A DNA stretch of 64,000 nt from an uncultured bacterium (GCA_965368975.1 CBDUPA010000006.1:32001-96000), one strand, 5' to 3'. Positions 19,564-29,306 are shown, counted from the first letter of the stretch. Numbers and translations: made by a program. Notes: a model not told the origin generated them from the sequence alone.

Positions 19564-20629
19564 ACCCTGTCGTCAAGGCCTGCTCGAGGGCCTCGAACGG
19601 CTCCGTCTCATTCGAGGTCACGACCCGCCGGATCACCTCGACGACCGCCCGCGGCTGCCCGTCGTGGGCGGTCCAGAGGCGGTCGAGGAGGTCGAGCCGC
19701 TGGCGGTAGATGCGGGCAGCGACGACGCTGGCGTTGTTGAGTGGCTGCACGGCGAGCTGTGGGCCGTCATAGACTTCGAACTCCTCGGCCAAGGCACCTC
19801 CGAGCTCGATGCGTGCGGTGTCGAAGGCTTGCCGGCGTTGCGTGTCGAGATCCGCGGAGGCCGACGCGTAGAGTGTGGTGAGACGTCCCGCCAGCCGTTG
19901 GTAGAAGTCGGCCAAGCGCTGCTCGTCGCGCCACCAGCCGGCAGCGCGCGCCGCGAGCTCGGGTTCGCCGCGCAGGCGGAAGAAGAGTTCAGCTCCGCGC
20001 AAGCCGATCAGCTGTGCGTAGCTCTCGTTGAACCCGACGTGGTCGGGCACCCATAGCGAGTTGTGTGAGATCTCGTGCAGCACCGTCGACACCAGGGTGA
20101 CGGGGTCGTCGCTGAGCGCCGTCGATAACAGCGGGTCGGGGAACCAGCCGAGGGTGGAGAAGGCGGAGGCCGTGCGTACGTAGGTGTCCAGGCCGCGCGC
20201 TTGCAGCCGTTCGGCCTCGCGGCGGGCTGCGGCCTGATCGAAGAAGCCTTTGTAGGGAACCGCACCGACGACCGGATACCACCAAGAGTAGGCCTCCAAC
20301 CGGTCGCGTGGACTGGCGGAGACGACCCACAGCAGCGGACCGTCACCGATCTCCGAGAAGGTCGTGTAGGTGTTGCCAGCCTCGAGACCGCGCTGTGCGG
20401 CGAACTCTCGAGCTTGGCGCACCCATTCCAATTGCTCGCGCCGTGCGGCTGGCAGCCGGGGGTCGCCGAGTACCGCGTCGAGGGGCCGCCGGTGCGCCAG
20501 GATGCGGGCTTCCTGCCAGGCGGCGTGCAGCACGAAGCGCGCTTCCCGGCTGACGGCAAGAGTCAGCAGCAGCAAGACGAGGACGGCGAGGACGGCACGG
20601 TGGAACAGCTTGCGGCGCTTCGGTGTCAT
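19526..20629 (-). CDS. Zn-dependent aminopeptidase family protein (HEXXH)
   Basis: N-terminal TM anchor; WWYPVVGAVPYKGFF, AFSTLGWFPDP, HEISH, FNES motifs. Confidence 0.88.
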   Translation of the reverse strand: MTPKRRKLFHRAVLAVLVLLLLTLAVSREARFVLHAAWQEARILAHRRPLDAVLGDPRLPAARREQLEWVRQAREFAAQRGLEAGNTYTTFSEIGDGPLLWVVSASPRDRLEAYSWWYPVVGAVPYKGFFDQAAARREAERLQARGLDTYVRTASAFSTLGWFPDPLLSTALSDDPVTLVSTVLHEISHNSLWVPDHVGFNESYAQLIGLRGAELFFRLRGEPELAARAAGWWRDEQRLADFYQRLAGRLTTLYASASADLDTQRRQAFDTARIELGGALAEEFEVYDGPQLAVQPLNNASVVAARIYRQRLDLLDRLWTAHDGQPRAVVEVIRRVVTSNETEPFEALEQALTTGSTESLKELPAEP

Positions 20630-20721
20630 GGGTCGTAGGTCAGTGTGTTGGAAATTGAAGGTTCATGACAACATCGACCGCATGGCGATCTGGCTGAGCA
20701 ATTCTGTTAGCGTAACGCTCT

Positions 20722-22032
20722 ATGGAGATCGAGCTCAAACCTTGTTTTGCCGACCCGGTCCTGAACGTCATGAACTTCCTCAACGAGGTGGTTCTACGCT
20801 ATCCGGAGGCCATTTCCTTTGCGCCCGGGCGGCCGGCGGAAAGTTTCTTCGACGTCGAAGCCAGCTTGGACGAGATCGGTCGCTTCGTCGATCATCGCTG
20901 TGAGCAGCTCGGCTGGTCGCGGCCGCGGGTGCTCGGTGATCTGGGGCAGTACAACAAGACCAACGGGATTATCAACGATCTGATCGCCCGTCACCTGGAG
21001 CTGGACGAGAACATCCGCATCCGGCCGGAGGCGGTGGTCGTCACCTGCGGTTGCCAGGAAGGGATGAACGTCTTGCTGGCGGCTTTGTTCGAGCCGGGCC
21101 GCGACGTGCTGCTATCCAGCGACCCGACGTACATCGGAATCACGGGGCTGGCGGATATCTTGGGTATCGAAGTGGTACCGGTACGGGCGGGCGATCACGG
21201 TGTCGAGCCCGACGTACTGGCCGCCGCCGTCGAGCAGGTGCGTCGCGCCGGCAAGCGACCGCGGGCCTTTTACGACGTGCCGGACTTCAACAATCCGATG
21301 GGAACCAGCATGCCGCTGCCAGCCCGCCACGCGATTCTGAAGCTGGCGCACAGCGAGGACATGCTGATCTTCGAGGACAACCCGTACGGCATGTTCGCCT
21401 ACGATGGCGAGCCGCAGCCGACGCTCAAATCACTCGACGAGCACGGCGTCGTGATCTACATGGGGACCTTTTCGAAGACGCTCTTCCCGGGCTTGCGGGT
21501 CGGCTATCTCGTTGCCGATCAGGCGGCACGTGTGAACACGCACGGGGAGGAGGCGCTTGGCGACGCTCAGGTGCTGGCGGCGGAGCTCTCCAAGGTCAAG
21601 AGCCTGACGTCGGTGACCACCTCGCCACTGCTGCAGGCGATGGTCGGCGGCACCCTGCTGCGCACCGGTGGTTCGCTGCAGGCGTTGATGGGTGACAAGA
21701 TCGCGCACTATAAGAAGAACCGCGACAGCATGTTGAGCGCCCTGGAACGGCACCTGGGAGGTGTCGAAGGTGTGCGCTGGAATCGCCCCGCGGGTGGTTT
21801 CTTTCTCACGGTCTATCTGCCGTTCGTCTTCGACGAGCGTTGCCTGCGGCGGTGCGCGGAGGAGTTCGGTGTGATTGTGTGCCCGATGTCTGACTTCGCT
21901 CGGACAGAGGGTTGTGAGCGAATGATTCGTCTGTCGTTCAGCTATGTGACGCCGGAACAGATTGAAGCAGGAATCGAACGTCTGTCGCGCTTTGTGCGCG
22001 GCACGGTCCAAGACGGAAACTCTCGGGACTGA
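20722..22032 (+). CDS. PLP-dependent aminotransferase, HpgT/Pgat-like ((di)hydroxyphenylglycine transaminase family)
   Basis: MNFLNE..YPEAISFAPGRP, QYNKTNGIINDLIARHLELDENI, EDNPYG, GTFSKTLFPGLRVG, WNRPAGGFF. These resemble glycopeptide HpgT as recalled, not as searched. Confidence 0.85.
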   Translation: MEIELKPCFADPVLNVMNFLNEVVLRYPEAISFAPGRPAESFFDVEASLDEIGRFVDHRCEQLGWSRPRVLGDLGQYNKTNGIINDLIARHLELDENIRIRPEAVVVTCGCQEGMNVLLAALFEPGRDVLLSSDPTYIGITGLADILGIEVVPVRAGDHGVEPDVLAAAVEQVRRAGKRPRAFYDVPDFNNPMGTSMPLPARHAILKLAHSEDMLIFEDNPYGMFAYDGEPQPTLKSLDEHGVVIYMGTFSKTLFPGLRVGYLVADQAARVNTHGEEALGDAQVLAAELSKVKSLTSVTTSPLLQAMVGGTLLRTGGSLQALMGDKIAHYKKNRDSMLSALERHLGGVEGVRWNRPAGGFFLTVYLPFVFDERCLRRCAEEFGVIVCPMSDFARTEGCERMIRLSFSYVTPEQIEAGIERLSRFVRGTVQDGNSRD

Positions 22033-22065
22033 TCTCTGATCTAGAAATACTGTAGGAGGAGCCTT

Positions 22066-22572
22066 ATGTCCAATACAGCTGCATCGAGCCTGGCCAAGCA
22101 AGCGGTCAACATCGATCACGTGGCCATCGCGGTAAGAGACCTGGAAGAAGCCATCAAGTACTACCGAGACGTGATGGGATTCGAGCTGGATGGGCGGCGC
22201 GAGACGAAGGGGAAGAAGACGGCGATGATCTCAGCCGTCATGAAGGCCGGCCCGCTGACGTTTGTGCTGATCCAGGGTACATCGCCGGAGTCGCAAGTCT
22301 CGCGTTATGTCGAAAAGTACGGCCCGGGCGTTCAGCACATCGCCATCGGCCTGGACGGTCTGCCGAGCGTGGCCGATCGACTCAAGGAAGATGGTATGGA
22401 CTTCGACACGAACGTCATCAAGGGTAATGGTCTGCTGCAGATCTTCAGCCACCGCGAGGAGAACTCCGGCATGATGTTTGAGTTTATCGAGCACGTTGAG
22501 CCAGACGGCGACTTCTCGGACGAGAGCGTCCAGAACCTGTTCGAGCAGCTGGAAGAGAAGGACGCGTTCTGA
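22066..22572 (+). CDS. Single-domain VOC metalloenzyme resembling the C-terminal catalytic domain of HPPD/HmaS
   Basis: IDHVAI, SQVSRYVEKYGPGVQHIA, LLQIFS, FEFIE, VQNLFEQLE; His/His/Glu metal triad; GGAGG RBS. Confidence 0.8.
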   Translation: MSNTAASSLAKQAVNIDHVAIAVRDLEEAIKYYRDVMGFELDGRRETKGKKTAMISAVMKAGPLTFVLIQGTSPESQVSRYVEKYGPGVQHIAIGLDGLPSVADRLKEDGMDFDTNVIKGNGLLQIFSHREENSGMMFEFIEHVEPDGDFSDESVQNLFEQLEEKDAF

Positions 22573-22588
22573 GGCAGGCCGATTCTGG

Positions 22589-22617
22589 GTAGGGCACCCA
22601 CACCGGGATGCCCCTAC
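22589..22617. repeat. REP-like GTAG palindrome
   Basis: gtagggca...tgcccctac between convergent genes. Confidence 0.5.
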
Positions 22618-22624
22618 CGCGCAC

Positions 22625-22658
22625 CAAAAAGGGCACCCAACGTTGGGTGCCCTTTTTG
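22625..22658. terminator. Bidirectional intrinsic terminator
   Basis: Perfect palindrome caaaaagggcacccaacgttgggtgccctttttg with A and T tails, between convergent genes. Confidence 0.9.
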
Positions 22659-22699
22659 CATGGTGCCGGCGTCTCGCCGGTACGTCGATTGGCTGTCGG

Positions 22700-23911
22700 T
22701 TATTGGCCGACCAGGTTGTTGACCCGGATCTTGGCTTCGCCGAGCAGGGTCTCGCCGCCCACGTCGTCGATCACGATGACCTGGACGTTGCGATCACCGT
22801 CAGTGTAGGCGGTGCTGTCCAGCACGTAGTGGAAACCCGAGACCGCGGCACTCGGATAACTGGGATAGAACTCGGCGACGGAGGGTCGCGGGAAGCCGTA
22901 GCTGGCGAAACCGGCGAGCTCGCCGTCGACGTACACCCGAATCTCGTCGATACCTTCCCAGTCGACAACCCAACCGGTGACCAGGACGTCACCGTTGTAT
23001 TGGTGGCCGTTGATCGGTTGGCCGATGCGTCCGATAGCGCCTTCGTTGTCGACGTCCTCGTCGCACAGGAAGACGACCGGGATCTCGTCGATGTTGGCGA
23101 CCTGGCCGGAAATGTCACCGGCGCGGATGGTCAGCACGTTGAAGCCGCGGACGAAGCCGTAGTCGATCAAGGCACCGATATCGAGAGCGAAGCGGAAGCC
23201 GGAGTTGGGTGAGTCTTTGAGGTTCGGGAAGCGCTCTTCGATGTCCAGGCGCGTCAGGCCGAGGCAGTCGGTCAGGCCGCCGGTCTCGTCAGCGAAGTAG
23301 CAGCCGGTGCGCGTGTTGGCGATGATCGAGCCGTTGATCAGCAGTTCGACGTACCCCATCCCCTCGTCCCCCGTCTCGATGCCGGCATCCAGCGCCCAAC
23401 CGTTGACGATCGAGTAGCGGCGGTCGGGGTCGGTGACGTCGCAGGTGCCGAACAGCTGCGCGTCCTCGTTGGGGAAGTCGATGCGGCCGAACGGCACCAA
23501 CGTATGAACGGTGTTGGTGAATTCGAGCGTCTTGGCACGCAGAAACCGCTCTTCACCACTGTTGGTGATCACGCGCGGTCGCACTTCGTGCAGGCCGTTG
23601 TTGTAGCGCGTGGTGTCGAGACGGAACGCGAAGCCGGCGTTGGCCGAGTCCGGATAACCGGGAAAGCGGTTCTCGACGTCCGGGCGGCTGCGGCCGTAGC
23701 GTGCACGGCCGACGGAGACGCCGTCGACGAAGATGTCGACCCGCCGGACGCCGTCGTCGTCGAGGGCCCAGCCGTGGAGAGCGATCACGCCTCCGCCCGC
23801 GGTGGTGCCGCCGACGATGCCGCCAAAGCCTCCGCGCGGAGCCTCGGCCAGTCCGGGACTGGCGACCAGCAGGGTGAGGATGGTCAGGGTGAGCAGGATG
23901 GGTTGCCTCAT
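22700..23911 (-). CDS. Secreted protein with three tandem Ig-like domains
   Basis: Signal peptide; three repeats of GW(A/V)xD..G...V....(D/N)G.....R......P.....SGF...LD. Confidence 0.8.
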   Translation of the reverse strand: MRQPILLTLTILTLLVASPGLAEAPRGGFGGIVGGTTAGGGVIALHGWALDDDGVRRVDIFVDGVSVGRARYGRSRPDVENRFPGYPDSANAGFAFRLDTTRYNNGLHEVRPRVITNSGEERFLRAKTLEFTNTVHTLVPFGRIDFPNEDAQLFGTCDVTDPDRRYSIVNGWALDAGIETGDEGMGYVELLINGSIIANTRTGCYFADETGGLTDCLGLTRLDIEERFPNLKDSPNSGFRFALDIGALIDYGFVRGFNVLTIRAGDISGQVANIDEIPVVFLCDEDVDNEGAIGRIGQPINGHQYNGDVLVTGWVVDWEGIDEIRVYVDGELAGFASYGFPRPSVAEFYPSYPSAAVSGFHYVLDSTAYTDGDRNVQVIVIDDVGGETLLGEAKIRVNNLVGQ

Positions 23912-24078
23912 TTTGGTTCCCTTTTCCGAATTATCTTCCGCGGGAGGGGCTTCGAGTCGAAATTCGCGAGGATACTTTATCGTTTTCTATGCGTCAGGGT
24001 CAATAAGCCTTCATGACATTTCCGCATTTTCCGTCGCGGAATGCCCTGGAATCAGGTGTTGGCTGGTCACGGTGGCGG

Positions 24079-25071
24079 TCAGTTGCCTTGCAGACCTGTA
24101 GAACAGCCATCGAGATAGCGGCAGACAAGGTCGGGCAAGCGGGCGACGTCGTAGCCGCCTTCCAGCACCGACAACAGCCGTCCCGAGCAGGTCTGGCGCG
24201 CCAGCTTGGCGACCGCATAGCCGAGCTGTTCGAAAGCGTCGAGGCTGACGCGCAGGCCACCCAGCGGGTCTTCGTCCCACGCGTCGAAGCCGGCGGACAG
24301 GATCAGTGCCTCCGGCGCAAAGGCCTCGAGGCCCGGCAAGATGCGCTCATCGAGGGCTTCGAAGAACGCCTCGTCGCCGTCACCCGCGCGGAGCGGTACA
24401 TTGAGGGTCGTGCCGACTCCGTCACCGCGGCCGCGCTCTTCAGCCAGGCCAGTACCGGGGTAGAAGGGGTGCTGGTGCGTGCTGGCGTAGAAGACGTCGC
24501 CCCGGTTTTCGAACAGGTGCTGGGTGCCGTTGCCGTGGTGGACGTCGAAGTCGAAGATGGCGATCCGTTGCAGACCGTGCTGGCGCCGCAGGTGCTCGGC
24601 CGCGACGGCGGCGTTGTTGAAGAAGCAGAAGCCCATGGCGAGAGCCTTTTCGGCGTGGTGGCCGGGAGGGCGCACGGCGGCGAAGGCGTGCCGTGGGGGA
24701 GCTTCAGGGGTGGTGTCGGCAGCGCACCTGTTGGCAGCGCACATGTCGGCAGCAGAGAGGGCCGTTTCGACGGCACCCCAGGCGGCCTCCCAGGTGTGGG
24801 GACAGAGCGGATTGTCCGCCGAATCCAGCAGGCTGTCACCCCGCTCGACAGCTCGTTCGAAACGCTCGACGTAAGCCGGGTCGTGCACCTGCTCGACGCG
24901 TTCGCGTGCCTGTGGGTGGCTGCACGTCTCTTGCAAGCCCCAGCCCCGCTCGCTGGCCCGCGCGCGCAGCGTCTGCAGGATGTTGTGCAGACGGTCGGGA
25001 CGCTCCGGATAGCCGGGGGTGTCGTGCAGCAAGCAGCGAGGGTCGGTGAAGATGTGGGTCGAGACGGTCAT
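24079..25071 (-). CDS. Histone deacetylase family (AcuC/acetylpolyamine amidohydrolase-like)
   Basis: PERPDRL, RPPGHHA, GFCFFNN, DFDVHHGNGTQ, SAGFDA, LEGGY. Confidence 0.95.
   Translation of the reverse strand: MTVSTHIFTDPRCLLHDTPGYPERPDRLHNILQTLRARASERGWGLQETCSHPQARERVEQVHDPAYVERFERAVERGDSLLDSADNPLCPHTWEAAWGAVETALSAADMCAANRCAADTTPEAPPRHAFAAVRPPGHHAEKALAMGFCFFNNAAVAAEHLRRQHGLQRIAIFDFDVHHGNGTQHLFENRGDVFYASTHQHPFYPGTGLAEERGRGDGVGTTLNVPLRAGDGDEAFFEALDERILPGLEAFAPEALILSAGFDAWDEDPLGGLRVSLDAFEQLGYAVAKLARQTCSGRLLSVLEGGYDVARLPDLVCRYLDGCSTGLQGN
24714..24753. repeat. In-frame 15-bp tandem repeat, about 2.7 copies, in the deacetylase
   Basis: tgtcggcagcgcacc tgttggcagcgcaca tgtcggcagc. Confidence 0.8.
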
Positions 25072-25101
25072 GATATTGCCATGCTATCCCAGACACACGA
25101 A

Positions 25102-25125
25102 GGGCGGAGTCCGAAGACTCCGCCC
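25102..25125 (-). terminator. Probable terminator of the fadL-GDSL operon
   Basis: 10-bp stem gggcggagtc/gactccgccc with a UUCG loop on the minus strand; short U tail. Confidence 0.7.
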
Positions 25126-25154
25126 ACAGTGACAAACGGACTCGGCCGATCAGC

Positions 25155-26531
25155 TCAGCCGCGCGGCACGCGGGTCTGGCGGCTCGGTCCTTCGGGTTCC
25201 GGTGTCGGTGCCGGTTGCGGAGCCTGGACATTGTCGACGCCGAGGGTCCACAGCAGGTTCTGCCAGCCCTTGGCCGAGATCTTGGCCTGGGCCGCCTGCG
25301 CCGCCGTCACCGGCAGAGCGCCACCGCCACCACCGGCGCCACCGAAGATGAACGGGGCCAGGTTGACGTAGGGGATGTCGTCCTGGAAGGTGGCGTTGAT
25401 GGCGTCGATGAACTCGTTGGCGATGTAGGCGTAGCCGAAGCTGGTCGGGTGCACGCCGTCGTACGAGAACACGCCGCCGGTCAGGAAGTCGGTACCGAAG
25501 TCGACACCGCCGACGATGATGCCTTCCGTCTGCAACTCGGTGAGAATCGAGTTGATGTCGACGAAGGCGGCACCGAGCTGGTTGGCCGTGGCGGCGATGA
25601 TCGAGTTGTAGGCATTGACACGGTCGGCGATGATCGCCTTCTCGTTAGCGTCCAGGATCACCTGGTCCGGCAGCGGCAGGCCGGTACCGCCCAGTTGCGC
25701 GGGGATACCGATGCCCTGGCCGAGCAGGGTAGTTGCAGGTAGCAGGACCGAGTCGGCGAGGCTGAGCGGGCCGTTGGGACCGATCAGCGGCACTGGCGCG
25801 CCGCCCACCAGTACCGGCTCGTTGGTGGCCGGGTTGACCACCACCGGCGGCACCGTGGTGACGTAGGGGATGCTGGTGACGTTGGGCAGGTTGGCCAACA
25901 CCATACGGGCGCCGGTCGAAGCCAGGGCGCCGGCGATGGTCGCGTACTTGGCCTGGAACTCGGCGGCCGGAGTGATGGTGACGCCTTCGATCACCAGGCC
26001 AGAGGTGGCAGCACCCAGGACATCGTTGTTGCCAATCCACAGCGACACGAAGGTCGGTTGCAGGAAGATGCCCTGCTCCAGCTGCGTGCCGAGGCCGCGC
26101 AGGACCAAGTCGTGCAGGCCGCCGTCGCTGACAGTGCTCAGCACGTCATTGACGTCCGCGCCGGGCACCGCCAGGTTGTTGTAGGGGCGCTGCAGGAACA
26201 GGTTGAGCGGTTGTCCGGAGCCGGCAGGGACGGTGAAGCTCACGCCCGGCACCAGGGTGGCCAGCTGCAGCGGCGCCGGGATGCCCGGCGGGCTGATCAG
26301 GGGTTGCTCGAACGGGATCACGCCGTTGGTCGCCTGCTGGCTGAGCAGAGCCGGATAGCTGTTGGCCTGCACGGTGTTGACCCAGCCGCTGCTGGAGAAG
26401 CCAGCGGTCAGGCTGTCGCCGATCGCGACATAGCGCGTCATGTCCACCTGAGCGGTCAGGGGGAGCGTGGTAAGCAGCGCGGCCAGCAGCAAGACGGCGC
26501 TGGCGGGCACGCTGAGGGTGGAACGTTTCAT
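25155..26531 (-). CDS. Secreted SGNH/GDSL hydrolase (lipase/esterase)
   Basis: GGAGG RBS, signal peptide, AIGDSLTAG, NLAVPGA, IGNND, DGVHP. Confidence 0.93.
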   Translation of the reverse strand: MKRSTLSVPASAVLLLAALLTTLPLTAQVDMTRYVAIGDSLTAGFSSSGWVNTVQANSYPALLSQQATNGVIPFEQPLISPPGIPAPLQLATLVPGVSFTVPAGSGQPLNLFLQRPYNNLAVPGADVNDVLSTVSDGGLHDLVLRGLGTQLEQGIFLQPTFVSLWIGNNDVLGAATSGLVIEGVTITPAAEFQAKYATIAGALASTGARMVLANLPNVTSIPYVTTVPPVVVNPATNEPVLVGGAPVPLIGPNGPLSLADSVLLPATTLLGQGIGIPAQLGGTGLPLPDQVILDANEKAIIADRVNAYNSIIAATANQLGAAFVDINSILTELQTEGIIVGGVDFGTDFLTGGVFSYDGVHPTSFGYAYIANEFIDAINATFQDDIPYVNLAPFIFGGAGGGGGALPVTAAQAAQAKISAKGWQNLLWTLGVDNVQAPQPAPTPEPEGPSRQTRVPRG

Positions 26532-26592
26532 ACTTCCTCCGTACGGTCTTTTCACGTCTTGAACTCTTCGAATCGTGAGGCGTGTGCGCGGC

Positions 26593-27891
26593 TCACCAGT
26601 TGAGGGTCAGACCCACCAGCCAGGCATCGGTCTCGTAGGTACCGTTGAAACCGTCGCGGTTGGTGCTGGTGCTGCGCTTGTCAGCGTCCAGGTACATGAC
26701 GGCGAAGTCCAGCAGACCGCTGGCGGTGCCGTAGCCGAAGGTGAAGCCCTTGCGCTCGGCGTCCGGCAGCAGCGGGCCCACCGACTCGTCCGGCTGCGGT
26801 GACTCGTCGAGCACGAAGCCGAAGCGAAGCTGAGCGTTGCTGCGCAGGTCGTAGCGGAAGCCGATGCGGTAGTTGTACGCATCCTCGTAGTTCTGCGGTA
26901 CGTCGGAGCTGAGGTCCGGGCGCGACGGGAAGGTCAGAGGCAGCACGTCGAAGCTGCTCCAGCCGGTCCAGTTGACGTCGACTTCGGTGAGCAGCCGGTG
27001 GGTCAGGCGCAGGGCGAGGCCGACGCTGAGCTGGTCCGGGAACTCGACCGAAGTCTCGACCGGGATCGAGCTGCCGATCGGCAGGGTCGCGGCGATCGCG
27101 GCGTCGAGCTGCGGGTTGCCGGTGGCGACCTGCGAGAAGGCGCCGTCACCGCCGTAGTCGATCTCGATCTTGCTGCGGTAGGAGACGCCGAAGGAGACGT
27201 TCTGGTTGAGCTTGTGAAGAAAGCCGACGTTCCAACCGATGCCGCTGTCCCTGTCACTCTCGAGCTGCACGCCAGCGGCGTCCACGACCCCGAAGGTGAA
27301 GGGGTTGACGGTCGGGATGCGGCGCTGCAACTCGACGGTCGAGAAGCGGCCGACGACGCCGAAGCCGATGCCGGTGTTGGGCGTCGGGCGCCAGGCCACG
27401 GCGGCGTTGAGGTCGATCACCGTCAGCTCGGCGAGCTGGCTGATGTAGCGACCGGCGAAGTCGTTCGGGTTCTCCCATTCGGTCTTGAGGCCGAAGGGGC
27501 TGTTGAGCGCCAGGCCGAGATTCCAGGTCTCGGTCAGCGGCCGGATGTAGTAGATGTGCGGCGGGAAGGCATCGAGGTCTTCCATGCGCGTCGAGTAGCC
27601 TTCACCAGGGAAAGGATTCTCACCCTGGAAGCGCGAGCCGTTGACGCCGATGTACGTCAGGCCGGCGCTGAATTTCTGTTCTTCGAAGAACGCGACGCCG
27701 CCCAGGTTGTGAAACATGGCCGAGGGGTCGTCGGCCTGAGCGGTGAAGGCGCCGGCCATGCCCATGGCCTTGCTGCCTTGTTCAAAGATGCCGAAGGCCG
27801 CGCCGTGAGCGGCCGTGCCGCCGAATGTGAATGCTGTCGCCAGCATCAGCGTCACCGCTGGCAGGAGCGGTGCAGAGATTCGCCTGCGCAT
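26593..27891 (-). CDS. FadL/OmpP1 family outer membrane transporter for hydrophobic substrates
   Basis: Signal peptide, EQGSKAMGMAGA, ADDPSAMFHN, PFGL, PLLPD, C-terminal aromatic residue. Confidence 0.92.
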   Translation of the reverse strand: MRRRISAPLLPAVTLMLATAFTFGGTAAHGAAFGIFEQGSKAMGMAGAFTAQADDPSAMFHNLGGVAFFEEQKFSAGLTYIGVNGSRFQGENPFPGEGYSTRMEDLDAFPPHIYYIRPLTETWNLGLALNSPFGLKTEWENPNDFAGRYISQLAELTVIDLNAAVAWRPTPNTGIGFGVVGRFSTVELQRRIPTVNPFTFGVVDAAGVQLESDRDSGIGWNVGFLHKLNQNVSFGVSYRSKIEIDYGGDGAFSQVATGNPQLDAAIAATLPIGSSIPVETSVEFPDQLSVGLALRLTHRLLTEVDVNWTGWSSFDVLPLTFPSRPDLSSDVPQNYEDAYNYRIGFRYDLRSNAQLRFGFVLDESPQPDESVGPLLPDAERKGFTFGYGTASGLLDFAVMYLDADKRSTSTNRDGFNGTYETDAWLVGLTLNW

Positions 27892-28128
27892 GCAGATCCT
27901 CCTATGGTCGAAAACGAGCCGGCGAAACGTCCGCCGGCCGGGTTGCTTGGCTTTCCGGACCCTGGCTGCCGGGCGGCTGCCGATGTCCGGTATATGGAGT
28001 CGCGGTCAAGATGTATAGAGTCGAAGTGCGGAAACTGAGGTCTAGAATTTTCTATAACAATGGGGTTTCGACTGTAGTTGATGCCTTGCGGGGTGTCAAC
28101 GGCTCCCGGCTGCGGTAGCATGGCAATG

Positions 28129-29124
28129 ATGATGCGCCAAAAATGCTTGCAAACGCTCGATTCCGACATCCCGAACCAGGCTTGTGGAGGCGCTGACGGG
28201 GACTCCAGCGCACGGTTGCGGACCCGCCGTGGCCGGCTCTGTCTGCCGGCGCTGCTGGCGTTGGCTTCGTGGCTCCTCGTCGGCCCGGTCCCAGCCTACG
28301 GCCAACAGCCGCTGGGACCCGTCGAGCAGGGTTCGATGGACACCCTGCTGACCTTGCCGGGCGACACGGTCGTCGGGCGCTATGCACCGGGGGCGCTCGA
28401 TCGTGCGGCTCGGTTGCAGGTGCGTCTGATGGCCTTGCACAAGCAACTGAACGATTGGCAGTCTTTCAAGACCCGGCTCGGCTTGTTCGTGCTCGACCAG
28501 GAAACCTGGACGGGCCAGAAGCTGGCACGCCCCTATGGCTTCCCGGTGCGTGTCGGGCCGTTAGCGGTCGCGGTCCCAGCTTGGGGCAACGCCGCGACGG
28601 TGACACTGTGGCAGGATCTGCTCGGCCCCGTGCTGGCCGCGGCGCCCGACTTCTCGGTTCGCGGCACCCCGCAGGAAGTGGCGACCGTCGCGCTGGCGGA
28701 CACTTTCGCGCAGTTGGAGATGTGCCGCGCCTACATCGAGCGGCAGCGCTTGACCGTCGCCGCCGAGCCCTGGCTGGCAGACATTTTGGCCCACGCGGTG
28801 TGCATCACTGCTGACCGTGAGGGTCCACTACCGCCGGCCGTGGATCTGGTCTCGACCCTCGAAGCGGTGGCCAGCCGCGTGCCGCCCGCCACCACCCTCA
28901 GTGGCTACGAGCCGCACATGGAGCTGCGCTCGTGGCTCGGCTACCAGGCTCGTTTCGCCGTCGCTGGCGAATTGATGTGGCAGGAGCACGGCCGGCGCAC
29001 GGTGAAGAAACTCTTCCGACTCCACCGCAAGAAAGGTTCTGCGCTGACCTTTGGTGACCTCCTGGACGAGTGGCCTCAACTGCGCGGCTGGCGTGCAGAG
29101 GCCTTCGCCGCGGTGGGTAGCTGA
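28129..29124 (+). CDS. Hypothetical exported protein
   Basis: Long ORF with a hydrophobic signal-like segment; TAGCAT -10 box upstream; exact start uncertain. Confidence 0.65.
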   Translation: MMRQKCLQTLDSDIPNQACGGADGDSSARLRTRRGRLCLPALLALASWLLVGPVPAYGQQPLGPVEQGSMDTLLTLPGDTVVGRYAPGALDRAARLQVRLMALHKQLNDWQSFKTRLGLFVLDQETWTGQKLARPYGFPVRVGPLAVAVPAWGNAATVTLWQDLLGPVLAAAPDFSVRGTPQEVATVALADTFAQLEMCRAYIERQRLTVAAEPWLADILAHAVCITADREGPLPPAVDLVSTLEAVASRVPPATTLSGYEPHMELRSWLGYQARFAVAGELMWQEHGRRTVKKLFRLHRKKGSALTFGDLLDEWPQLRGWRAEAFAAVGS

Positions 29125-29193
29125 GGCGCGGAGACAGCGACCGCCAGAGTCACCGAATAGGCACCCGTGAGTGCACGGCGCGGCGCTCCAGAG

Positions 29194-29230
29194 TGTCCGA
29201 TTTTGGGACAGTGCGTCCCGGAATCGGGCG
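29194..29230. promoter_or_regulatory. Tandem enhancer-like inverted repeats (candidate NtrC-family UAS)
   Basis: TGTCC-N7-GGACA followed by the variant CGTCC-N7-GGGCG, about 100 bp upstream of the sigma-54 site. Confidence 0.65.
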
Positions 29231-29306
29231 CCAACACGCTGAAACAAGGGCTGGTCTTGCGCGTAGAGGTCAGGTAGACTGGCGACTCTGCCGCGCCGGC
29301 TCCACC

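Noticed and set aside
27900-28110. Possible riboswitch or operator upstream of fadL (GC hairpins; TAGAA-TT-TTCTA at 28043-28054)
   Set aside because: No match to riboswitch consensus sequences I know, and the palindrome is too short to support alone.
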